This document shows, in pieces, positions 26,401 through 38,400 of a stretch of DNA of 64,000 nucleotides. The notes under the pieces are model-generated. The model saw nothing but the letters and a program-made list of their open reading frames with translations, did not search any database and was not told the DNA's origin. This DNA comes from Narcine bancroftii. Lineage: Eukaryota. The position numbers and the translations under genes are program-made. The stretch spans positions 73,222,001 through 73,286,000 of the forward strand of contig NC_091474.1 of NCBI RefSeq assembly GCF_036971445.1, in the 5' to 3' direction. Positions within the stretch are counted from its first letter, which is position 1. Each line of letters opens with the position of its first letter.

Positions 26401-29400
26401 GCTGGCTTTCTAAAGCATCTACAGCACATTGGCATCAGCAGTGCAGCCGGAGATGGTCTCGGCACAAGTGTACGCACACCTGCTGCCAAATGCTCCGTCT
26501 CCATTTGGTTGCTCTAACCTTTAGTAAAACCCAAAAGTCTACAGACACCTTGATTGAAGTAAAAACACAAAGCTGGAGAAATTCAGCAGGTCAAACAGTG
26601 TCCTTTATATTATGAAGATAAAGATACAGAACCAATGTTACAGGCGTGAGCCCTTCATCAAGGTATAAGCAAAATGTGGGCAGGTACCTGAACGGAATCA
26701 CTTGCTTACTCCTTGATGAAGGGCTCGGGCTTGTAACGTTGGTTCTGTATCTTTATCTTCATAATATAAAAGACACTGTTTGACCTCTGAGTTTCTCCAG
26801 CTTTGTGTTATTATTTTAACTTAATTGTCTTTGAATTAATTTCCAATGTGGTTTTATTTTATAAATTGTATTTAATAATGTCTCTCATTCTGTAGGAATC
26901 AGTTGCCCTTGCACCACCTGACTGCTTCTTATCAGGCAGATTTGATGCTCCTGGCCACCCCTCTCAGTTCATTGTTTCTCATGACATTGCTAATAGTCCC
27001 TCTTTCTCAGGGAGACGGGAACACGCAATGGATTAGCTGAGGCAGCTCAACCCTGCTCTCGCCCTCGTTCTCCTCACCATTGGAGTCAGGTGACCATTTG
27101 TTCGTGGTCTGAGCAGAGGAACTGGTCTGCTTGCAGTGGTGTCTTCACAATGAGCATTCATTGCTGTTCTGTGGTTGTACCCCCAAGGTTGGAACGGTCT
27201 CACTCCACTACACCATGCTGCATTACGTGGCCACAAGGAATTGGCACACCTTCTGCTAGAACATGGGGCTGATACTAACATCCCAAATGATGCTGGGGAG
27301 ACGCCCTTTCATTTTGCCTGCAGGTGAGTTAGGAAACCAGAAGGCGATCTGATTAAAATATTTGTTTACACTATCCAAGAAGACAGGGGAACTAACATCC
27401 ACGTGTCTGAAATTCATGGTGTGTGGTGTGACCTATCCATCAAGGGTACTGGCTTGAAGAAATTTGAGCTCTTTATGCTCACTGCCAGATGTGGCCAAGG
27501 TGGGCACAATGTTACCTCTGAAGCTGAAGGCTGTAATTCTTGAACAACAGACCTGAACAACGTGGTACTGATCATCAACCTCCCTCCACAGCCACCTCCC
27601 TGTCAGGTTACCTACCAGTGAACTATCTTGGTCTTGCTGTACGGTAAAATTCCTGTTATCCAGAATTCAAGCAATTGGCAGCCTCAAGTAACTGGCAAAA
27701 AAAATCAAGGAAAATAAATAGGTTAAAAAATGCAGGTTTAAAATTGGCATGCCTCGCCTTTAGTTTGCCAATCCACTGGAAAATTCACTCATTTGGCAAC
27801 TACCAATCCCTGTAGGTGCCAGATACCAGGGGTTTTACTGTATTTCCCTTTCTGATTGGTCTCCTCTACCCTCCTGTCCCTCTCTCCTGGGGCCTGTCTC
27901 CCCACGATGAATCTCCATCAGCTCTATAAGGAAAGAATTGTGAATTTATCCTACCCTTTTTTGTGAATAAATTTTCTAAACATCATTCCTGTTGATGTTT
28001 GTAGGTTTATTTTAATTCTCATCATTCCAGAATAGTTTCTCTGCACCACTGCAAATGTATGTTCTTTGCGATTAATGGCAGTCCTTCTTGTTTGGCCACT
28101 TTAGGCGTGGAGAGGTGTACGTGATGGACTGGATGGTGAAGAAAGGAGCTGATATTCTGGCTGTGGATCATCAAGGGAAGACAGCGCTTCACCAGGCAGT
28201 CTCCGGTGGCAGCATGTGCGTAAACATCTGGAGGAGAGTTTTATTATGTGCACTTTGCATGAACTGTCATGACAAGTGGCAACTTTTTTCATAAGCAAAA
28301 TGCAACAAGACAGAATAAAGAAGGCACAGTATCAAAATACTCAGTAGGGCAGGCAGCATCTGTGAAGGGAATTGGACAGTGGATGGTTTGGGTCCAGAAG
28401 ACCGAGGAGCAGAATTAGGCCCTTCAGCCCATTAAGTCTGTTCCACCATTCAAATCATGGTTCATATATTTTTCATTTCAACCCCATTATCCTGTCTTCT
28501 CCCCATTGACATCCTTTCTAATCAAGAACCTACCAACCTCTGCTTTAATTCTACCCAATGACTTAGCTTCCAACACTGCCTGCAGCAACAAATTCCACAG
28601 CTTATCCGCCCTCTGGCCTAGGAATTTCTCCTCTTCGTTTTTCTGAAGGGAGGTCTTCCTATTATGAGGCTGTGCCCACCGGTCTTGGACTCTCCCACTA
28701 CTGAAGCATCTTCTCCTTGTTCAACTCTTTCAGTATTTGGAATGCTTCAATGAGATCCTCCCCATCCTTCTAAATCCAGCAAGTACAGTCCCAGAGCCAT
28801 CAAACACTCCTCATATTTTAATTTTCGTCCCCAGGATCATTCTCAAAAATCTACTCTGGACCCTCTCCAACGCTACTCACTCTTCCTTAGATATGGGGCC
28901 CAAAATTGTTCACAGTACTCCAAATGTGGTCTGACCAATGCCTTAACTCCTCAGCATTAAATCTTTGCCTTTACATTCTAGTCCTCTCAAAACGAATGCT
29001 TCAAGTATATTTGCCTTCCTTACTACCGACTCAACCTGCACGTTAACCTTCAGCGAATCCTGCAAGAGGACTCCCAAATCCTTTAGGGCTCCCACTTTAT
29101 GAATTCTCTCCCATTTAGAAAATAATCAACTTCATTATTTCTTCTACCAAGGTGCATGACCACACTCTTTCCTCCACTGCATTCCACCTGCCACTCCTTT
29201 GCCCATTGTCCCAACCTGTCCAAGTCCCTCTGCAGACTCATTGCTTCCTCAAAACCACCTTCTTCTCCACTATCTTCGTATCATTTGCAAACTTGACCAC
29301 AAAGGCATCAATTTCATTACCTAAAGCAGTGGTTCTCAGCATTTTTCTTCCCACTCACACACCATTTTAAGTTATCCCTATGCCATAGGTACTCTGTGAT

Positions 29401-32400
29401 TAGTAAGGGATTGCTTAAGGTGGTATGTGGGTGGAAAGAAAAAGTTTGAAAACCACTGTTGCAATAGTACCTAATTGACTCGTTATGTGCACGGTTTCAC
29501 AACTCCAAAGGAAATGGGCCAATGACAATTTTTCTCAAGCAAAATATTTCAGTTACAATTGGGTCTAGAGCAGTGATTCTCAACCTTCCTTTCCCTTCCC
29601 TTTTAGTAATCCCTCACTAATCACAGAGCACCGATGGCCTAGGGATTACTTAAAGGGGTATATGAATGGAAAGAAAAAGGTTGAGAACAACTGATTTAAA
29701 GCATTTCCATATAACATGAAAATGGGCGGACTCAATATCGACCCCTGTAGAACACCACTGGTCACTGGCAGCCAGCCAGAAAAGGCTCCCTTTATTCCCA
29801 CTCCCTGCCTTCTGCCAGTCAGCTAATTGTTTATCCATGCCGATACATTTCTCGCAATGCCATGGGCTCCCCATCTTGTTTAGCAGCCTCATATTGGGCA
29901 CCTTGACAAATAAACTACAACCACAAACTTTTTTTGGCTGTCCTTCCCATTACTTCCTCAAAAGAACTCCTACGAAGATCTCCCCTGAAGGAAACCATGC
30001 TGACTTTAGCCTGTTATATCCTGTCTTTTACCTCCCTCCCTTCTTACAAAATGGAGTGACATTTGCAATTTTCTAGTCCTCTGGAATCATTACCAAACCT
30101 AGCGATTTGATCACCACTATTGCATTCACAATCTCTCAGCTCCCTCTTTCAGGCCCTGGGGTGTATTCCATCTGGACCAGGTGACTGATCTCCCTTAGCC
30201 CCTTCAGATTCCCAAGCACCTTCTCTTTAGTAATTGTGACAATGCTCGCTTCTATCACAATTTTCCATCACCTAAATCTGTATCAATCTTCTCATCATCA
30301 AGAAACACGTTAGGATGAAAAAGTGTCTGTTGATTTATTTACAGGAATGACATGAGAGTCAATTTTATTTACTGTCTGTGATATTTTTTTGGGAGGGGTG
30401 TGATTTGTGAAGTTCGTCGGGGAAAATTCCCGTCGGCTGGAACAGCTGCACTGTTGTTGAAGCACTGCCCATCTACACCTCAGCTACACGACTGCCCCTC
30501 CTCTTGGGCTGGCTCCCTGATCATCTCGCTGCTTCTGTCCCCAGAACTGCCATCCGTTACCTGGAGGAGATGCGGCGCTTCGATTTCCACGACTCAGACA
30601 AGTTTTTGCAAACCCCTCTGCACATTGCGACGTCAATCGGCAATGAGGATGTCGTTAAGTATTTGCTGAGAGGCACGGTGAGTGATCCTTTGATAAAGAC
30701 TCTGCAGGAAGCCCCTTCAAGATTCCCTCATTTATCAGCACTTCCACTTTTTTGCTTGCAAACATTTTCATTTTAAAGATTTGCTAATACATAACTGATC
30801 AATTTCCTGCTGTTTCCTATAATGAACTACTTTGTGAAGGATTATTATGGGAAATGCACTGTGACTGTCTGATTGAGTAATGCAGAAACCTGAGATAGCT
30901 CCGATCCAATCATGAAGTCAAACACAATGATCTGCAGACACTGTGATTGAAGTAAAAACTTGATGCAGGGGAATCTCAGCAGATCAAACATTGTACTCGG
31001 TACAGCAAGGATAAAGGTACATAACCAACGTTTCGGGCTTGAGTCCTTCATCAAGATGTGAGCAAATTGTCGGCAGGCATGGGCTCATGATAAAAATTTA
31101 GGGTTCAAGCCCAAAACGTTTGTTCTGTATCTTTATCTTTGCTATATAAAGTCCTCTGTCTGACCTGCCGAGTTTCTCCAGCATCGTGTATTAACAGACG
31201 TGCCAAACCCTGTCGCAGATGCAACTTGGATGCGAATAACCAGCTTGATTTTAGCAAATAGGAAGGCATCACGGTTCATGTAGCGGTTATCTCAATGCTA
31301 TTATTGCGCCAATCATCAGGACAGGGGTTCGAATCCGGCGCTGTCTTTAAGGAATTTGTACGTTGTCCCCCGTGTCAGTTTGGGTTTTCGCTGGGGGCTC
31401 CAGTTTCCTCCCACCATCTAAAAATGTCCAGGGGGGTGTGGTTGTAGGTCATTTGGGTGTAAATGGGCTGGAAGGGCCTGTAACTGTGCTGTATGAATCA
31501 ATTAAAATTAAACTAATAAATGGAATGTAAGACTAGTAATCAGTAATGAGAAACTACTGATGATTTTAGTTTGGATGAGAGTCAATGTCTGTGTGCGAGC
31601 AGGAGGGACTATATGGACCCACCCTACCATTCACTGTGATCCTGGCTGATCTAGGTCTGGACTCTTGCACCAGTTTCCTGGAAGATGCACACGCCTTAGG
31701 TCCACGTTATTTGTACTGGGAAGAGCAGTAAGCGACGTAGGGCTGTGAGGGGAGTGTGTGATTGGTTCTGGGTTTATTAGGCATGTCAGACTGTGTAGTC
31801 TGCTCTCTGCTGCACCTACAAAAACTGGAAGTGGAGCAATTGTCGAGAATGTCAAGAGAGGACTACCGTCGCAAGTCAAAGGCCCACACACCAGAAATTA
31901 GCCCTAAATTAGTTGGTGTATAAGAGCAAATGGAGAACTATTGCTCACACACCAACATCGTCCATCAATTATAAGTAGAGTTTGAAAGAACTGGAAGCTT
32001 ATGGATTCAAAACTCCCTCAGGAATAATATCTCCAAATGCCAGAAGATGACAATCAAAAAGCAAGTTGGAAAGTTTCGTAACACTGGACAAGAAAGATTT
32101 TTCTTCCTGAACACTTTTGGGTATATTTTATGAATTTTGGACTGCTGATCATGAAAATCACCTTAAAGTTTTCCTATCATGTACCATTTTTTTTTTGACG
32201 TAACCTACTTTTGTGATTTCCCGTCACATTTTAAGTCGACTTCAAGCACAGAAATCCACGAAGTGCAAAGTCGTGGAAAATTCATTTTCTGCATTCGCAC
32301 TTGGACGTCTTCCCTGCTGATCTTGGTGCAGTCAGTGACCAATACGGTGAAAGGTTTCACCAGGACATTGCGACCATGGAAAACCAGTATCAGGGCAACT

Positions 32401-35400
32401 GGAATCCATCAGTGCTGGTCGACTATTGTTGGACACCGACACAAGAGGCATCAGATGCTGAATGCAAACGGAAATCAGCGGCAAAACATTTTTAGGTCAG
32501 TTGAACTAACACAATGTGTCAACATCATTATGCAATTAAACATGCAAAATTCAATAAAAGCTAATGTTTCTCCAACTTCCTACGTAATTCAGCAAATCTG
32601 AAATTATCTTTGTGTCCAGCTCGAAGTTTTCTATCATAATCCCCAATTTATTTTTTAGGAAGCAAACCAGGAAGAAAAAGAATTTGTTGTCCATTGTTAT
32701 AGGTGGAAATTAAAACTTGTGGCATTCAAAACTCCCACAGGAATAATATCAGCAAGTGCTGGGAGATTGCAAACAGAAGGTATATTGGAGGATTTTATAA
32801 TGAGACATGAAGTGGATGAACAGAGTGAAACCCTACCCCAGAGTAAGGCCCACAAATGCTGCCTGTCCCTCCTGCAGTTTGTTCTGTATTCCAGAATCTG
32901 CAGCCTCTTGACTCTATGAATTTTTTTTAAATAATTGAGGCTTTAGTTTCAGGTAATGCTGGCAAATATCCCCATGGTGAAGAAGATGAGACTTGGTCTG
33001 AGATGGGATGGAAACACTAGATCTGCAGAATGACCGATTAGGGTGTCTGTAGCCATGGTTCATGGTCATGTTTGTGAGAGGGTGTGAAGAATAAAAACCA
33101 CTGAAAAGTATTGTACATGTTCTGTCTCACCCACAGGAAAAAGAATCTCAAGGTTGTGTGATGTACTCTGACAGTAAATCTGAAATCTATGTTCACAGAG
33201 GTGTAGTGTGGGAGCAGTTGACCATTGGGGAATGACACCCTTGCATGTGGCAGCCCACACAGGGTCGGTGAACCTCTGCTGGATGTTGATGGTGGAAGCT
33301 GGGATCTCCGCCCTGCAGCTGACAAATAAGGATGGATTCACTCCACTGGATCTGGCAAAGCGAGGGAAGTCGCACAGGTATGTCTGCAGATCTTTACCGG
33401 CTCACGTTTGGGATCAAGGCATTAAAAGGGCAGCCCCAATCTCTGCATGTGCTACTGGAATTGGACACCTTTGCAGGGTGGCACAGTTAGCATAGCAGTT
33501 TGCAAAATGCTGTTATGCCAGTGTTCGAATCTGGTGCTGTCTGAAAGGAGTTTGTGTATGCGTGGGTTTTCCTCCAGGGGCTTTGGTTTCCTCCCACCCT
33601 TCAAAGCATATGGGGTTGTAGTTTAATTGGGCTCATGGGCCGGAGGGGCCTGTTACTGTGCTGTATGTCTAAATGAAATATATACCTGCCCCACTGCTCA
33701 GTCACAAGGTTACGGAGTGAGGGTTAATCCATGTGGTAGCAAAGACTGAAACATTGCAGAATGCGTCAACCTCGTATACTTTGGTAACTCAGAACGAGCT
33801 GGTTATGTGACAATAACACTTATTATTTCAGCATCTTCAAGATATTATCAGGTAACCCATTTACATTCAAGTCAGCAGTGAGTTGCCAGATTTCATTCAC
33901 TAATTTCATCAGGTGGTCACTTCCCAAATGAGGAGACACAAACAAGTTTATAACCAGCTCCTTATTTCTGCCAGCAAGGAATTAAGCAACGTGCAAAATG
34001 CTATAAATACGAAGAAATAAGGAACATTTAAAACTGTCAATAAAATGGACAGAAATGTGGAATTGCTGTTATTCAAAGGTGTTCTAGATAATTTCCGTAA
34101 GGTATTTTACATAAAATTGCAGGGGTGATCATATATGATTTTTACAAAGTATCTATCCTGACCATGGTGGTGTGAGGCAGGACAGGTGTACCTGACAGTG
34201 GAGCCAACCTGTGGTGCAGTGAGCCAATGCAAGATCGGTTCATGGGGTGAGTTTGCTTTTGCTTTGCGAGTTGGGGGGAATTGTATGGTTTAGCACCAGG
34301 TTGGTTAAACCTGGGAGAGAAGTCATGGGAAATTGGAATGCAACCCGTCAGTGACATTGATCTTGCAAGCGACCGATCCAGAAATTAAAATACCCCATGT
34401 TCCCCGCACTGCCTTCTTTCTGTTCTCCATTTCCACTGAGCCAGCCCATCAGTCCTGATGATATTCAATGGCATACCTGCACTGAGAGTTGCTTGATGCA
34501 GTCCTGCTCCTATTTCTCCTAAATCAAAAAAACCTCTTGGGCTGCTGTTTATATTTACAGCTCAATATTTAATGTCTGTATTTGTTTCTTTACAGACACA
34601 GAGAAATGGTAAAGCTTTTGACTGAATACAGTAAGAAAATGAAAAATGGGAAGCCCAAAGATCCCTTTGGTAATTGTTTTAATTCTTTTGAAACCGTTGC
34701 ATTGAATGTTTTGTTTTGTGCTTTCTGAATGTATGGGACAGACTGTCCAGTAGAAGGAAGGTTTTAAAAGCAGTCCCGGTCAGTTGAAAAATGAGCTGTT
34801 TCGTCCCAGCATCACAAAAGCTGAGAAACATTAACCTGCACCTTCACTAATCATGAATAACTTTGCAGATTCAGATTTATTGTCAGAATTCATACACGAC
34901 ATCACATTACAACCCTGAGATTCTCCTGGGGGCAAGGCAGATTTTCCACTTATTGGTCGTGCAAAAAAAATAAACTGTGCCCAAGAAGATATGTACACAT
35001 GTAAACATATAAAGAAATGTAAACAGACTAACCATGCAATATAGAGAAAAAAAATCAATAAAGTGCACGTCAGAGTTTGTCGTCGAGGAGTCTGATGGTG
35101 GAGGGGGAGCAGCTGTTCCTGAACCTGGTGGTGCGAGTCTTGTGACACCGATACCTCTTTCCTGATGGCAGCAGCGAGAGCAGAGTGTGTGCTGGGTGGT
35201 GAGGATCCTTGATGATTGCTGCTGCACTCTGATGGCAGGGTTCCCTGTAAATGTTCTCCATGGTGGGCAGGGTTTTGCCTGTGATTTCCTGGGTGGTGTC
35301 CACTACCTTTTGTAGGGCTTTATGCTCAAGGGTATTGGTGTCCCCGAACGAGACAGTGATGGAGCCAGTCAGCATACTTTCCACCACACCTCTGTAGAAA

Positions 35401-38400
35401 TTTGGCAGGAACTTGAATGACAGGCTCAGGGGGAGAAGGCAGTAGTGGAATTAGTTGGAGAAATTTGTTACAGTGCTGGTTCAGTCACGGGTGATTCACC
35501 ATCTCCCTTGGCCCTTCGGCCCCTCAGGATTCTGTGAAATGATTGGCTCACTGAAGCTCCAACTCTGGCTTTACATTTTAGGCCTGTACTACGGAAGTCT
35601 GATTTTCCCATCGATTCTGAGTGCATTCGTATTTCTTATCACCAGCCATCTCGGGGAATATGGAGGCATTTTCAGTGCAGTTGCCTTTGCTGTTCTGGCC
35701 AGGATAATTTTTTGCCAGTATCATAGGATCTCTCATTACTCCAGGTAAGGTGATTTATACACACATCTGTTAACCTCTGCACCTTACCCAGGGTGAACAC
35801 TTCCAATGTGCTCACCAGCACTCAACGCAGCACTAAAGTCGTGGCTAAGGACAGACCTCAATTATAGTCAAAGTTCAGATTTATCGTCTGAGTGCGTACC
35901 TGATGTCACGTACAACCCTGAGATTTTTTTCTCCCGCAGGCCAGTTGGAAATTCTTATCGGTAGTGCAAAGGAAACTGTACTCAAGGAAAGATATACAAA
36001 TGAGAGAAATGTAAACCAGAAGGGAGGGCAAACAAACATGCAATACAGAAAATAAGTATTCATTAATAAATAATGTGTAAAGTAAGAGACTTTAAATGAG
36101 TTTGCCAGTTTCTGGGCAAATACTTCATTTTTAAGAAAACTAAAAAGAAAAATACAAATGTGTATTTTTATGTTTTATGCATTCACTTCTCGGTCTGGGT
36201 TTGAGAATGAAATGCAAAAAGCACAACCGTCCCAATTGGTTTCAAAAAGCAATGTCCTTGCTCACTTCATTTTAAAGATTTTCAAAATATTAAATTTCAA
36301 CACACTTTTTTTCACTGAATAAGGGCTACATGTTTCAGATTATTCGATGTATTCGAATCAGTGTGTGTGCCTCGCAATTATTTTCAAGCGTGCGTGCAGA
36401 AATCTAAGACTATTAAATGGGTATAAACGGCTGAGGCTCCTTCCAGTCGGTTGGAAGGAGCCGGCTCGTCCTTGCATCAGAGAGGTTGAGAAACATTAAC
36501 CTGCACTTTCACCAATAAAGGCAAGTCTGCAAACATTTCCTTGCACCTTCCAAACCTCCTTATCTACCTTGTCAACACGTTGCCAGATTCCTTCGTTTAT
36601 TTTCAATCATTAGCCAACTTCACTGCACTAATTAGCCGTAGTATTGGTCTACTTATGACATTTTTGAACAATTCCACCACATTAGCGGGGTTCCAGTGCT
36701 GCAGCCAGAGGATTGGTGATGGATTGAAATGGTAAAGTCTGCAGATGCTGGGGTGAAGTGCTTATCTTCGAGGACTCCGTGATTGCACTGAAGGCTTCAT
36801 TATCTTGTTTGCATTGGCTGACTGCTGTTACGCACAATTGAATGATTTTGAGGGTTTCCTAAATCAAAGGATATTGCTAAGGTTTCCACCTGAAAATAAA
36901 GGTTCATATGCAGGATGGGATGGTGACATTTCAAAACGTATGGGGCTGCAGGTTAATTTGCGTGTAATCGACAAATGGCCGGAATTGGCTTCTACCATGC
37001 TGTAAATAACTTTTTATTTAAAAATTTTTAATTAAAAAAAAAAGAAATGTAAATGTCAACTCTTTATTTTTGCCTGTAGTTTGTCTCATTTTGATTGTAA
37101 CAATAGATGCAATGATATTGCTCTTCAAAACCTTGGGTTAACACTGGTCCTTTTTTAATCTCCTGCCACAGGTTACCTAACCCCGTGTTCCTTGGCACCT
37201 TCGCTGCAGGGATCTTCCATTCTTTGTACTGCTTCTACTACAAGATCCTGCCTGATATCCTTTCTCCGCACTGTCTTATTTAACAGCGTCAGCTATAATT
37301 GCACTGCAAATGTGTGAAGGATTAGACCTACCCCTTTTGGGTATTCGGGCCTGAGGTCGATGATGCAAAGGAAAATCCTCCTTTCTGAAACGCCTTTCAG
37401 AATACTTTTAGGTGCCTCACACTGGATGGTTATCACAGTGGAGCAAGGAAGCTTCCATCTAGATCAGTGATTTTCAAATTTTTTCTTTCCACTCACATAT
37501 CACCTTAAGTATTCCCTAACCCTGTGAGTAGTAAGGAGTGACTTAAGTTGGTTTGTGAGTGGAAAGAAAAAGTTTGAACACCACTGTTTTAATCGTACCT
37601 AATTGGCTCAGTTTCAGAACTCCATAGGAAATGGGCCAACCGTGGAAGGGACTGGGGGGTGGGTCAGGCAATGTCCATGGAAGGGACTGGTGGTGGGGGG
37701 GGTGGTCAGGCAGTGTCTGTGGAAGGGACTGGGGGATCAGGAAGTGTCCGTGGAAGGGACTGGCGGATTAGGCAGTGACCATGGAAGGGACTGGGCAGGT
37801 CAAGCAGTGTCCGAGGAAGGGACTGGGTGGGTAAAGCAGTGTCCATGGAAGGGACTGGGTGGGTAAAGCAGTGTCCATGGAAGGGACTGGATGGGTCAGG
37901 CAACATCCATGGAAGAGACTGGGCGGGTCAGGCAGTGTCCGTGGAAGGGACTGGGCGCGTCAGGCAGTGTCCGTGGAAGGGACTGGGCGGGTCAGCGTTT
38001 TGGATTGAGACTCTTCACTGAGACTTGATTCGGGGTACCGACATGAATTTCCATCCACAGACGTTGCCTGACCTGTCGATATCCTCCAGCAACTCCTTCT
38101 ATACTCCACATTCCAGCATCTGCCGTCACCTGTGACTCTGCCCTAAATCTGTGTCCTGACGTTTCTTGTCATGCCTGCACTGGAAACCCTTACTGCTTTG
38201 GAATACGTTGTGATCATGAGTACCCCTTCGAATCTCCATTTAATGTTCCACCAGGCTGTGGCTCTTTGGTCATTACTTCATTTATTCTGGATCTATTACC
38301 ACTCTAGTTTCAGGCCAAACCATTCAATTATTCCTTTGTGGATTCTTTCCATAGAACAGAGTGTAGATAAAGCAGGCACAAAAGAGAATGAAATGAAATG

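Noticed and set aside
37640-37995. CRISPR-like appearance of regular repeats (also 48385-48585, 49240-49705)
   Set aside because: Head-to-tail minisatellites without unique spacers, no cas genes, vertebrate context.
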